NCBI GenBank assembly: GCA_041640655.1
Contig: JBEPZV010000035.1
Span: 1 to 26,578 of the forward strand
Reading direction: 5' to 3'
From: a bacterium
GTDB taxonomy: Bacteria; Acidobacteriota; Blastocatellia; HR10
DNA length: 26,578 bases
Shown one piece after another: positions 15,748 through 25,340 of the stretch (position 1 is the first letter of the stretch; each line of letters begins with the position of its first letter). A program made the translations under genes and the position numbers. The notes below the pieces were generated by a model, which saw only the letters and a list, made by a program, of their open reading frames with translations, had not been told where the DNA came from and did no database searches.

Positions 15748-17463
15748 ATGTCGCGCCCGAGACCCTTCCTCTCACTCGACGAGATCACGCGCCTCCCGCG
15801 ATGGGCCGGCGAACTGGTGCGAAAGTACTACGCGGGCGAAGCGAGCCATTTCCTCCTGCATCACAACATCCACGATCTCGTCCCAGCCAACGGCCAATAC
15901 GTGGGGTTGCTCGCGTTCTTGCAGCGGAAGCTGCTCGGCAACAAAAACATCGTCCTCTACAACCGCAGCGAGGGGATCACCTTCGGTTCCCCGGAAGCCG
16001 AACGCCAGTTCCTCGCGCAGGCGCGTGTGGCCGATCCGCTCCTCAGTCGCGAGGCCCTGCGCTCGCTCCCTCGCGAGCCGAGTCGCGCCCTCCCACTCAT
16101 CGAGCGCTACCTCTTTCACGGGGACCAGGTCGCCGTCATCATCACCTTCCTGGAGACGCTCGTCCCGGCCGGGGAGATCGGATACTTGAGCGGCGAGGAC
16201 CGCAACACGTTGGTCACCCTCCAGCGCTGGATCACCAGCTCGCGCCTGCTCCATTCGGACAACATCGTCATCCTCATCGCCGAGAGCCTGGCCGACGTCA
16301 ACGCGCGCATCCGGCAGAATTCGCGCCTGGTGACGATCGAGATCCCCTATCCCGATGAGAACGAGCGACTGGCCTTCATCCGCCATTTCCGCGCGCTCAA
16401 TCCCAACGTGCGGCTGGAGATGGATGACCGCCAATTGGCGCAGCTCACCTCGGGATTGAACTACGTCCACTTGAACGCCCTGCTGCGAAGCGCGCCGCTA
16501 GATCCGCGCGGCTTGACCTTCGAGGCCGTTCGGTTGAAGAAGAAGGAGATCATCGAGAGCGAGTGCTTCGGCCTCATCGAGTTCGTGACGCCCGAACACG
16601 GGTTGGAGAGCGTCGGTGGGATGACGAGCGCTAAAGAATTCCTCCGTCGCATCGCTGAGACGATCCGACAAGGGCGCTGGGAGGAAGCGCCGATGGGGAT
16701 CCTCATCTCCGGTCCCGTCGGCACGGGGAAGACGTTCCTGGCCGAATGTTTCGCCAAAGATTGCGGATTGAACGTCGTCGAGTTCAAGAACTTCCGCGAG
16801 AAATGGGTGGGCTCGACCGAGGCCAATCTGGAGAAGATTCTCAATCTCTTGCAGACGCTGGCACCGATCGTCGTCCTCATTGACGAGGCCGATGCGGCGC
16901 TGGGGACGCGTCGCGTCGAGGGCGACAGCGGCGTGAGCGCGCGCGTCTTCTCTCGCATCGCGAGCGCCATGGGCGACACGCGAAACCGAGGGCGCATCCT
17001 CTGGATCCTCATGACGTGCCGCCCGGATCTGCTCCCCATCGATCTCAAACGGCAGGGCCGCTGCGAGGAGCACATCTCGCTCTTCTACCCGCAGAGCGAA
17101 GAGGAACGCCTGGAGATCATTCACGCCATGCTGCGGAAGAACAAGATTCGGCACGCCATTGAGGATTGGTCCCCGATCACCCGACATCCGCAGGAGCTGT
17201 CGGGCGCCGACATCGAATCCCTGCTCATTCGCGCGCGGCGTCTGGCGCGGCAGGCGCAGCGCGACCTGGTGCTGCCCGAAGACCTCGAACGGGTCGCCCA
17301 AGAATTCATCCCCGCGCGCGATGAGCTGGCCTTGGAATATCAAACGCTCGTGGCCATTCTGGAGGCGACCTCGCGCGAGATGATCCCGCCGAAATATCGG
17401 CACCTCTCCCCGGCCGAGATCAGCCGCCGCGTGGAGGAGCTGAAGCGCCTGCTCGGCGAGTGA
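15748..17463 (+). CDS. Classical-clade AAA+ ATPase with a degenerate N-terminal AAA-like domain and an active C-terminal domain
   Basis: Walker A GPVGTGKT, pore loop KWVGSTE, Walker B VLIDEAD, SRH with RQGR, SGADIE. The N-terminal half has LLHHNIHD in place of a P-loop and an IEIPYPDENER helical-lid motif. Confidence 0.9.
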   Translation: MSRPRPFLSLDEITRLPRWAGELVRKYYAGEASHFLLHHNIHDLVPANGQYVGLLAFLQRKLLGNKNIVLYNRSEGITFGSPEAERQFLAQARVADPLLSREALRSLPREPSRALPLIERYLFHGDQVAVIITFLETLVPAGEIGYLSGEDRNTLVTLQRWITSSRLLHSDNIVILIAESLADVNARIRQNSRLVTIEIPYPDENERLAFIRHFRALNPNVRLEMDDRQLAQLTSGLNYVHLNALLRSAPLDPRGLTFEAVRLKKKEIIESECFGLIEFVTPEHGLESVGGMTSAKEFLRRIAETIRQGRWEEAPMGILISGPVGTGKTFLAECFAKDCGLNVVEFKNFREKWVGSTEANLEKILNLLQTLAPIVVLIDEADAALGTRRVEGDSGVSARVFSRIASAMGDTRNRGRILWILMTCRPDLLPIDLKRQGRCEEHISLFYPQSEEERLEIIHAMLRKNKIRHAIEDWSPITRHPQELSGADIESLLIRARRLARQAQRDLVLPEDLERVAQEFIPARDELALEYQTLVAILEATSREMIPPKYRHLSPAEISRRVEELKRLLGE

Positions 17464-17489
17464 CCGGTCCACCGCGCACCCACGCGGGA

Positions 17490-17518
17490 TTGCCCGCGCG
17501 AGCCCCTCGGTCTACAAT
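17490..17518 (+). promoter_or_regulatory. Sigma70 promoter for ggt
   Basis: TTGCCC-17 bp-TACAAT, upstream of RBS GGAGGG and ATG 17541. Confidence 0.65.
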
Positions 17519-17540
17519 CTGCGATGACCGGAGGGAACCG

Positions 17541-19283
17541 ATGAAGAGTCTGTCAGGGACGATCACCGTGCTCTGGCTCGGCTTCCTCGCGCTGATGCCC
17601 CTTCTCGCGCTCGTGACGAGGCCATCGGGCGCGGCGGCGCAAGACCGATGGCAGGCGCGCTCGATGGTGATCTCGCAACATGGGATCGTGGCCAGCGAGC
17701 ACCCGCTCGCCTCGCAGGTGGGCGCCCTGATCCTGGCGCGCGGCGGACACGCCGTGGACGCGGCGATCGCGGCCAACGCCGTCATGGGTGTGGTCGCGCC
17801 GATGAGCAACGGCATCGGCGGCGATCTGTTCGCACTCGTCTACGACGCGCGGACCGGTCGGCTTCACGGATTGAACGCCAGCGGATGGGCGCCTTCGGGG
17901 CTGACCATTGAATTCCTGAAGCGCCAGGGACATACGACGATGCCCCAACGCGGCGTTCACACGGTGACCGTTCCCGGGGCGGTGGACGGCTGGGCGAAGT
18001 TGCACGCGCGCTTCGGACGCGTGAAATGGGCCGATCTCTTCACCGCCGCCATCCAGTACGCCGAAGACGGTGTGCCCATCACGGAGCTGGTCGCCGACCT
18101 CTGGGCAGCCAACGAACGCCTGCTGCGTCAGAATCAGGAGGCGGCGCGCACGTATCTGCCTCAGGGTCGGGCGCCGCGCGTGGGCGAGATCTTTCGCAAT
18201 CCCGATCTCGCGTGGAGCTATCGGCAAATCGCCGCACACGGCCCTGCGGCGTTCTACCAGGGCGAGATCGCCCGCCGCATCCTGAGCGCGCTCCGGCGAG
18301 AGGGCGGGACGATGACGGCGGCGGATCTCGCCGAATTCTCCAGCGAATGGGTCGCGCCCATCTCGACGACCTATCGCGGCTGGACCATTTACGAACTGCC
18401 CCCCAATGGGCAGGGGATCGCCGCGCTGATCATGTTGAACATCATGGAGCAGTTCCCCCTGGCCGAATTCGGACACAATTCCGCGCGCGCTCTCCACATC
18501 ATGATCGAAGCGAAGAAGCTCGCCTACGCCGACCTGATCCGTTACGTCGCCGATCCGCGATGGGCGCGCGTTCCGGTGTCGGGCCTCCTCTCGAAAGAAT
18601 ATGCCCGTCAGCGCGCGCGCCGCATAGACTCGGCCAAAGCCCAGTGCGAGGTCGAGCCCGGAATCCCCCCGGACGCGGGCGATGAGACCATCTACCTGAG
18701 CGTCGTGGATCGCGAGGGGAACATGGTCTCGCTCATCCAGAGCAACTACGAGAGCTTCGGCTCAGGACTCGTCGCCGAAGGGACGGGCTTCGCCTTGCAG
18801 AATCGCGGCGCCCTCTTCAGTTTCGATCCCGCGCACCCGAATGCGCTCGCGCCACGAAAGCGCCCGCTGCATACGATCATCCCCGCCTTCATGGAGCGGG
18901 GGAACGTGCGCATCGCCTTCGGCATCATGGGGGGATGGAATCAAGCGCAAGCGCACGCGCAGTTCGTCTCCAACATTGTGGATCACGGCCTGAACCTTCA
19001 GGCCGCGCTCGAAGCCGCGCGCTTCACCAAGCGGACCTTCGGCGGCTGCGACGTGCAGATCGAAGCGCGCGTCCCCGAACGTGTGCGCGTGGAGCTGCAG
19101 GCCCTCGGCCATCAGCTCCAAGTGCGCGGCGCGTATTCCTCGCAGATGGGAGGCGGACAAGCCGTCGCCCGCGATTTCACGACGGGAGTGAACTTCGGCG
19201 CCTCCGATCCCCGCAAGGATGGGGCTGCCGTACCGGAGCCCTCGCCCGCGCTGCTCGCCTCGCCTCCACTGAATGAGCGGTGA
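17541..19283 (+). CDS. ggt: Gamma-glutamyltransferase (exported)
   Basis: Signal peptide; GG.AVDAAIA, GIGGD.F, TVPGAV.GW and PPNGQG motifs; nucleophile Thr in ETIYLSVVD.EGN.VS; KRP.HTIIP, GIMGG and GASDPRKDG. Confidence 0.95.
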   Translation: MKSLSGTITVLWLGFLALMPLLALVTRPSGAAAQDRWQARSMVISQHGIVASEHPLASQVGALILARGGHAVDAAIAANAVMGVVAPMSNGIGGDLFALVYDARTGRLHGLNASGWAPSGLTIEFLKRQGHTTMPQRGVHTVTVPGAVDGWAKLHARFGRVKWADLFTAAIQYAEDGVPITELVADLWAANERLLRQNQEAARTYLPQGRAPRVGEIFRNPDLAWSYRQIAAHGPAAFYQGEIARRILSALRREGGTMTAADLAEFSSEWVAPISTTYRGWTIYELPPNGQGIAALIMLNIMEQFPLAEFGHNSARALHIMIEAKKLAYADLIRYVADPRWARVPVSGLLSKEYARQRARRIDSAKAQCEVEPGIPPDAGDETIYLSVVDREGNMVSLIQSNYESFGSGLVAEGTGFALQNRGALFSFDPAHPNALAPRKRPLHTIIPAFMERGNVRIAFGIMGGWNQAQAHAQFVSNIVDHGLNLQAALEAARFTKRTFGGCDVQIEARVPERVRVELQALGHQLQVRGAYSSQMGGGQAVARDFTTGVNFGASDPRKDGAAVPEPSPALLASPPLNER

Positions 19284-19291
19284 TCTCTTGC

Positions 19292-19315
19292 AGGGGCGAC
19301 GCCGACATCGCCCCT
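19292..19315. terminator. Hairpin between convergent ggt and the ABC permease
   Basis: AGGGGCGA/TCGCCCCT 8-bp stem; no clear U-tract. Confidence 0.35.
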
Positions 19316-20465
19316 ACTCCAGCCGCCGCCGGAAGCGCCAGACGCTCAGGCCGAAGATGGCCACGCCGAAGATCAGCAGCGCCACCATCTGTGGCCAGAG
19401 CACTTCAATCCCCGTCCCCTTCAGGAAGACCCCGCGCACGATCTCCAGGAAATAGCGCACGGGATTCGCACGGGTGAGATATTGCACGGGCACGGGCATG
19501 TTCCGAATCGGGAAGGCGAACCCGCTCAACGTGAAGGCCGGCATGAAGAAGAAGAACGAAGCGAGCATGGCTTGCTGCTGCGTCCGAGAGATCGTCGAGA
19601 GGAAGACCCCCATGCCGAGCGTCGTCAGCACGAAGAGCACCGCACCGAGCAGGAGCACGAGCGCGCTTCCGCGAAACGGGACGCGGAAGATGAGAAGCGC
19701 TGCGCTCGTCACCAGGACGACGTCCACAAGGCCGATCAGCGCAAACGGCACGGTCTTGCCGAGAATGAATTCCACCGGGCGCAAGGGCGTCACCAGCAGT
19801 TGCTCCATCGTCCCCAACTCCCGCTCGCGCACGATGGCCATCGCCGTGAGGATCAGCGTGACGATCGCGATGATGTTGACCAGAACGCCCGGGACGAAAT
19901 AGTTCCGACTGCGCAGATCGGGATTGAACCAGACGCGCGTCTGCACCTGAAGCTCCGGGACCGTGATCGGCGCTTCCCGCGCGATCGCCAACGCCCTCAA
20001 CGTGCGCCGTTCCCGCTCGGCCATCACCTCATCCGCATAGCGCCGAAGGATGCGCATCGCATAGGCCATGAGGATGGAGGCCGTGTTCGAATTCGTCCCC
20101 TCGATGAGGATCTGCACGGCCGCCATCTCACCCCGCTGTACCCGCTCGGCGAATCCCGGCAGCACGCGCACGAGCATGAGCACGCGCCCGCGATCGAGCA
20201 GTTCGCGCCCCTCGTCCTCCCGCATGGGCGTCGCCACAACGCGAAAATGCGGCGACCCCTCGAAAGCGGCGCGCAATGCGCGACTGGCCGGCGTCCCATC
20301 CCCATCCATCCACGCGATGGGGGCTCGCTCGACATCCAAATTGACGGCGTAACCGAAGAGCGTGAGCTGAACCAGGGGCGGCAAAAACAGGAGGACACGC
20401 ATGCGCGGCTCGCGCAGCGCCTGCCGCAGTTCCTTCCGCATCATCTCCCGAATCCGCTCCCACAT
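19314..20465 (-). CDS. ABC-2 type transporter permease (YbhR-like)
   Basis: Start MWERIREMMRKELRQ at 20465 (the ORF track over-extends it). FGYAVN.D, WFNP.L.S..Y.VPG, ERE.GTMEQLLVTP and LSGF.FPI.NMP motifs. Confidence 0.92.
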   Translation of the reverse strand: MWERIREMMRKELRQALREPRMRVLLFLPPLVQLTLFGYAVNLDVERAPIAWMDGDGTPASRALRAAFEGSPHFRVVATPMREDEGRELLDRGRVLMLVRVLPGFAERVQRGEMAAVQILIEGTNSNTASILMAYAMRILRRYADEVMAERERRTLRALAIAREAPITVPELQVQTRVWFNPDLRSRNYFVPGVLVNIIAIVTLILTAMAIVRERELGTMEQLLVTPLRPVEFILGKTVPFALIGLVDVVLVTSAALLIFRVPFRGSALVLLLGAVLFVLTTLGMGVFLSTISRTQQQAMLASFFFFMPAFTLSGFAFPIRNMPVPVQYLTRANPVRYFLEIVRGVFLKGTGIEVLWPQMVALLIFGVAIFGLSVWRFRRRLE

Positions 20466-20470
20466 CACCG

Positions 20471-21604
20471 TCAGGCCAACCGCCGCTGCACGCACCGCGT
20501 GGCGAGTCCGAAGACGACGGCGGCGTACGCGATCAGAAACGCCACCTCCCCCACCAGCAACTCCACCCCAACCCCCTTCAAGAAGAGCCCGCGCAGGATC
20601 ACGATGAAATAGCGCGCCGGGACGAGATAAGTCACCGCCTGTACGACCGGCGGCATGTTCTCGATGGCGAAGATGAAGCCCGAGAGCAAGAAGGCCGGGA
20701 GGAATGACGTGAGCACTCCCAATTGATACGCGAGCACCTGCGAACGCACGAGCGCGGAGATGAGCACGCCCCAACCGAGCGCGCCGAACAGAAACAGCCC
20801 CCCCATCAGGAGGACCAGCAGCGGATCCCCCCGCAGCGGCACGCGAAAGAAGATGACGCCCACAAGGAGCGCGATGAGCATATCGAGCAGACCGATGGCG
20901 AAGAACGCGAGCATCTTCCCGAGGACGATCTCCGAAGGCCGCACCGGCGTCGAGAGCAGCTGCTCCATCGTCCCCATCTCCCACTCGCGCGCGAGGGTGA
21001 GCGACGCCAACAACGCAGCGATGATCATCAGGATGATGGCGATCAAGCCGGGGACGATGTAGTTGCGCGACCGCAGCTCGCTGTTGTACCAGACACGCAC
21101 GCGCCCGTCCACGGGTGGGTTCACCCTCACGCCCGTCGCGCGCCGAAGGACCGACATCTGCCACGACCCGACATGCTCGCGCAACAGCGCCTCCGCGTAG
21201 CCGAGAGCGATCGAGGCCGTGTTCGAGTCGCTGCCGTCGAGGATGAGTTGGATCGAAGCGCCCTCGCCCCGCAGCCAGCGACGGGAATAATCGGGCGGGA
21301 TCACCAGCGCCAGCAGACATCGCTGACGATCCATCTCGCGCCGGATGCGCGCGGGGTCTTCGACCATCCCGACCACATCGAAGAAGCGCGAGCCGGCGAA
21401 TCGCGCGATCAGGTCCCGACTCTGGGGGCTCCCATCGACATCGGATACGAGCACGGGGATGCGATCCACATCGAGCCGCAAGGCGTAACCGAACAACAGC
21501 AGCAGGACGATGGGCACAGCGAGCGCCAGCAGCAGACTCCTCGGATCGCGCCGGATGTGGAGGAACTCCTTTCGCGCCATCGCCCATGTGCGCCGCCACG
21601 TCAT
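20471..21604 (-). CDS. ABC-2 type transporter permease (YbhS-like)
   Basis: Start MTWRRTWAMARKEF at 21604, overlapping the upstream stop (ATGA). LFGYAL.LD, WYN.EL.SRNYIVPG and REWEMGTMEQL motifs. Confidence 0.92.
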   Translation of the reverse strand: MTWRRTWAMARKEFLHIRRDPRSLLLALAVPIVLLLLFGYALRLDVDRIPVLVSDVDGSPQSRDLIARFAGSRFFDVVGMVEDPARIRREMDRQRCLLALVIPPDYSRRWLRGEGASIQLILDGSDSNTASIALGYAEALLREHVGSWQMSVLRRATGVRVNPPVDGRVRVWYNSELRSRNYIVPGLIAIILMIIAALLASLTLAREWEMGTMEQLLSTPVRPSEIVLGKMLAFFAIGLLDMLIALLVGVIFFRVPLRGDPLLVLLMGGLFLFGALGWGVLISALVRSQVLAYQLGVLTSFLPAFLLSGFIFAIENMPPVVQAVTYLVPARYFIVILRGLFLKGVGVELLVGEVAFLIAYAAVVFGLATRCVQRRLA

Positions 21605-22542
21605 CGCTCGTTCCGCTCCCCCCCTTCGATCACGGCCACGAAGACGTCCTCCATCGAGGGCGCGACGACGTCGAGCCGAGAGATCGTGATCCCCCGCGCG
21701 TGCAAGGCGCGCTGAATGCGCTCGCGCGCTCGCTCGGGATCGCGCACGCGCAGGTGCATGCCCGCGCCAAAGAGCGTGATGCGCTCGACCGATGCCTCGC
21801 GCTCGAGCGCCTTCAAGCTCTCCCAGAGGTCCGACGACTCCAGATGCAGGAACGCCACCGACGCGAGCGACCGCGCGAGCGCCGCCGGCGCATCCAGCGC
21901 CACAATGCGCCCGCGATCCATGAGCGCCAGACGATGGCAATACGCCGCCTCATCCATGTAGTGCGTCGTCACCAGGATCGTCCGCCCGGCCTCCGAGAGT
22001 CGAACGATCATGTCCCAGAATTGACGGCGCGCGATCGGATCCACGCCCGACGTCGGCTCATCCAGGAAGAGGATCGGCGGCTCGTGCACGAGCGCGCAGC
22101 CGAGCGCCAGGCGTTGCTTCCACCCTCCGGGAAGCGCGCGCACCAGCCTTCGCCGCCAGGCCGTCAACCCCGCCATCTCCAGCACCTCCTGCTGGCGCTG
22201 ACGTCGGCGCTCGCGCGGCACCCCATAGAGACCGCTGAACAGCTCCACATTCTCCTCGACCGTCAAATCCTCATAGAGCGAGAAGCGCTGCGACATGTAC
22301 CCGATGCGCCGTTTGACCTGCTCCGCCTGGGCCACCACGTCCAGACCATCCACGCGCGCGCGCCCGCTCGTGGGGGCGAGCAAGCCGCAGAGAATGCGAA
22401 TCGTCGTGGATTTGCCCGCGCCGTTCGGCCCGAGGAGCCCGAAGATCTCCCCCCGCCGCACGCGGAAGGAGATGCGATCCACGGCGACGAATTCACCGAA
22501 TCGCTTGACCACGTCCTCGACCTCAATGGCCCACGCCGTCAT
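21601..22542 (-). CDS. ABC transporter ATP-binding protein (resembles the C-terminal half of YbhF)
   Basis: GPNGAGKST, YMSQRFSLY.DL, LPGGWKQRLAL, FLDEPTSGVDP and TTHYMDEA. Confidence 0.95.
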   Translation of the reverse strand: MTAWAIEVEDVVKRFGEFVAVDRISFRVRRGEIFGLLGPNGAGKSTTIRILCGLLAPTSGRARVDGLDVVAQAEQVKRRIGYMSQRFSLYEDLTVEENVELFSGLYGVPRERRRQRQQEVLEMAGLTAWRRRLVRALPGGWKQRLALGCALVHEPPILFLDEPTSGVDPIARRQFWDMIVRLSEAGRTILVTTHYMDEAAYCHRLALMDRGRIVALDAPAALARSLASVAFLHLESSDLWESLKALEREASVERITLFGAGMHLRVRDPERARERIQRALHARGITISRLDVVAPSMEDVFVAVIEGGERNER

Positions 22543-23503
22543 CGCTTCCCTTCCTCCGATCCGCGCGTTCGTGCTGGCGAATCAGCGTGATGAAAACGTC
22601 CTCCAGGGACGGAGCGAGGGGCCGAACCGTCACTTCGAGAATGCCCTCCGTCTCAAGCGCGCGCCGAAGGACCTCCGGCGACGTGAGCGCGGGATCAAAG
22701 AAGACGCGCAACGCCGCGCCGAAGGGCTCCACACCCACGACGCCCGCGGTCTGTCGAAGCACGCCGCGCGCCCGCGCGCGCTCGGGCGTGAGGACCTCGC
22801 ACCCCTGCCCGGAAAATCCGCGCCGCAAGACATCGGCCGAAGCGCATCGGAGCAACCGTCCGCGATACATCAGACCGAGGCGCGTCGCTCGCTCCGCCTC
22901 GTCCAGATACGCCGTCGCGAAGATGATCGTCACCCCCTCCTTCCGCAGCTCCGCCACAAGCGCCCAGAAATCCTGCCGAGAGATCGGATCAATGCCCGTC
23001 GTCGGCTCATCCAGAAGCAGGATCTGCGGACGATGCACGAGCGCGCACACGAGCGCCAGCTTCTGCCGCATGCCCCCGGAGAGTTGGTGCGCCCGATGCC
23101 GACGAAACGGCTCCAGACGCGTCAGGCGCAAGAGATCGGACATGCGCTCCTCGCGCGCGCGAGCGGGGACGCCATAGAGGTCCGCCGAGAAGCGCACGTT
23201 CTCCTCGACCGTGAGATCATCGTAGATCCCGCCGCGCTGCGCCATGTATCCGAGAGCCTCGCGAACGCGCTCCCTCTGCCGACGCGCGTCGCACCCGGCC
23301 ACTTCGATCTCCCCCTCATCCGGACTCAACAATCCGCAGAGCATGCGCAGCGTCGTCGTCTTCCCCGCCCCATCCGGTCCCACCAACCCGAAGACCTCCC
23401 CGCGCCGGACCTCCAGATCGAGACCCTCGACGGCCACGATCTCGCCAAACCGTCGCGTCACCCCCCGCGCCCGAACGACAATGTCAGCAGAAGAAGCGTC
23501 CAT
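22523..23503 (-). CDS. ABC transporter ATP-binding protein (resembles the N-terminal half of YbhF)
   Basis: ATG 23503 behind GGAGGGGGG. GPDGAGKTT, LSGGMRQKLAL, LLDEPTTGIDP and TAYLDEAE. Confidence 0.93.
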   Translation of the reverse strand: MDASSADIVVRARGVTRRFGEIVAVEGLDLEVRRGEVFGLVGPDGAGKTTTLRMLCGLLSPDEGEIEVAGCDARRQRERVREALGYMAQRGGIYDDLTVEENVRFSADLYGVPARAREERMSDLLRLTRLEPFRRHRAHQLSGGMRQKLALVCALVHRPQILLLDEPTTGIDPISRQDFWALVAELRKEGVTIIFATAYLDEAERATRLGLMYRGRLLRCASADVLRRGFSGQGCEVLTPERARARGVLRQTAGVVGVEPFGAALRVFFDPALTSPEVLRRALETEGILEVTVRPLAPSLEDVFITLIRQHERADRRKGSDDGVGH

Positions 23504-23619
23504 TTCCCCCCTCCACGATATTGAAATGGCCATCCGATGCGTCCTCGACCATTCCGCGACGCCTCCGACTTCTCCAGAACGCCGGCGATCACTTGAGTCA
23601 AATCGAACAGTGTATCCTC

Positions 23620-23815
23620 CGAGGTGTACTCCGCCTTACCCGCCCATTGGAGTTGCGGATCCAAATGCGGGTCGTAGGCGTAGCGGGTCGCCTGTTGCTC
23701 CCGCACTTCATAATGTGGGCGCGATGCCGGCGGGTGGAGTGTTCTTCCGCCGGGCTTCCTCGTGGCGGAAGTCCGCTACCTGCTCGCTGCTTGTCCGCCT
23801 CTTCCCTCTGGGCAT
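23620..23815 (-). pseudogene. Truncated, frameshifted 5' fragment of a site-specific adenine DNA methyltransferase (type III Mod-like)
   Basis: MPRGKRR..DFRHEEARRKNTPPAGIAPT, one extra base at ~23713, then YEVREQQATRYAYDPHLDPQLQWAGKAEYTS. RH..RKN.PPAG and YDPHLDPQLxWAGK are N-terminal signatures I recognise from this MTase family. RBS present; no catalytic motifs follow. Confidence 0.65.
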
Positions 23816-23958
23816 ATCCATCCCCCCTTCCTACCTTGTGCCCGAAGCTCCCGGCATGACGACGGCCCGTGCCGATTGGCTTCGCTCTCGCCGGCATGGG
23901 CTTGCGGACCTCCCTTCCGAATCGAAAATTCTCCCTCGACGCTCCTCTTCGCCCCCCT

Positions 23959-23967
23959 ATTATATCA
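23959..23967 (-). promoter_or_regulatory. Consensus extended -10 promoter
   Basis: The minus strand reads TGaTATAAT in otherwise very GC-rich DNA, about 145 bp upstream of the MTase relic. Confidence 0.55.
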
Positions 23968-24074
23968 CCATGTCGAGGCCGATCGTTCTGACCGAGAGAG
24001 GCATTGGTGCTCGCGCGCTTCACCGAGGTTCCTCAAAGCGAGCGGCTTCGGGCTATGCGATCCGGCCTCGAGCC

Positions 24075-25259
24075 TCACCGACGATCGAGGAGGATCTCGG
24101 CGGTGACCGGCATATTCACCTTCAGCTCCAGGTGGGGATTCTCCACCTCGATCTTGATGCGGTAGACGTAGCGGACGCGCTCCTCGGGCGTTTGAATCTG
24201 CTTGGGGGTGAACTCGGCCTCCGAGGCGATGAAGGCGACGCGCCCCCGGTAGACTTTGCCGGGGAAGGAATCGGTCATCACGCGGACGGGCGCGCCGAGT
24301 CGGACACGTCCGAGATCACGCTCGCTGATATAGGCGCGCACCCACGGACGGTGGAGATCGCCGAGGGTGAGCACGGTCGCGCCGGCGGCCAGGACTTCCC
24401 CCACCTCGGCGGCCTTCACGAGCACGATGCCGTCGCAGGGAGCCGTGACGACCGTCTCGCGCAATTGCGTCTCGATCAACGCCAGTTCGGCCTGCGCGCG
24501 ATCGCGCTCGGCCTCTCGCATGGCCAGCTCTTGCTCACGGCGACGCAGCTCCAGGCGCTGGGCTTCGGCCTGACGCACGGCCGCGCGCGCTCGCGCCACC
24601 TGCGCCTGTGCGGCCTCGATCTGCTCCCGGCGCGCCCCTTCCTGCAACAGGATCAAGGACTGCTCCGCCTGTTGCAGCTGAGCGCGCGCGCTCTCGTAGC
24701 GCGCCCTCGCCTGATCGTAGTGCGCCGTCGAGATCTCCTCCCGCTCATAGAGCGCGTGCGCGCGCTCCCAATCCCGTCGAGCGCGCTCGTATTCGGCGTG
24801 GGCCGCCTGCACGGCGGCGCGCGCGCGTTCGATCTCCGGCGTGCGCGATCCAGCGAGCAACTCTCGCACTTGCGCTTCGGCTTGCTCCAGCGCCGCCCGT
24901 CGCTCGGCGATCTGCGCCTCGATCGTCTCGCGCAAATACGCGAGTGCTGTCCGCAACTGCGCCACCTGCGATTCGGCGGCGCGCAGGGCGGCGTGCGCCC
25001 GCTCCCGTTGCCGTTCGAGCGGCTCGCGATCAAGTCGCGCCAGGACAGTCCCTCGCACCACTGAATCCCCCTCTCGCACGGGAAGCTCCACGAGCCGCCC
25101 CGAGACCTTGAAGGCGATCTCCACCTCGGTCACCTCAATGTTCCCGAAGACGATGATCCGATCTTCCGGCCGGCGTCCCCACCATCGGGTCGCCAACCCA
25201 ATGACCACCCCTCCCACGCCGATCCCCACAAGGAGCAGAATGAGCGACCGTCTGCTCAT
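24075..25259 (-). CDS. HlyD-family periplasmic adaptor (YbhG-like)
   Basis: N-terminal TM; GNIE..EV.IAFKVSGRL, long hairpin coiled coil, AP.DG.VL, WVRAYISE.DLG and AEFTPK.IQT.EER...VYR motifs. Confidence 0.93.
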   Translation of the reverse strand: MSRRSLILLLVGIGVGGVVIGLATRWWGRRPEDRIIVFGNIEVTEVEIAFKVSGRLVELPVREGDSVVRGTVLARLDREPLERQRERAHAALRAAESQVAQLRTALAYLRETIEAQIAERRAALEQAEAQVRELLAGSRTPEIERARAAVQAAHAEYERARRDWERAHALYEREEISTAHYDQARARYESARAQLQQAEQSLILLQEGARREQIEAAQAQVARARAAVRQAEAQRLELRRREQELAMREAERDRAQAELALIETQLRETVVTAPCDGIVLVKAAEVGEVLAAGATVLTLGDLHRPWVRAYISERDLGRVRLGAPVRVMTDSFPGKVYRGRVAFIASEAEFTPKQIQTPEERVRYVYRIKIEVENPHLELKVNMPVTAEILLDRR

Positions 25260-25340
25260 ACGGGCGATGCGTCCTCACGATCGCGCATATGGCTCGGCCC
25301 CTGATGTCCCACGCGCGGAAGTGTCACTCGCCGCCCTGCA

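Noticed and set aside
20466..21599. 761 aa permease ORF as a fusion protein
   Set aside because: The extension is an alternative frame over the upstream permease; the real start is at 20465.
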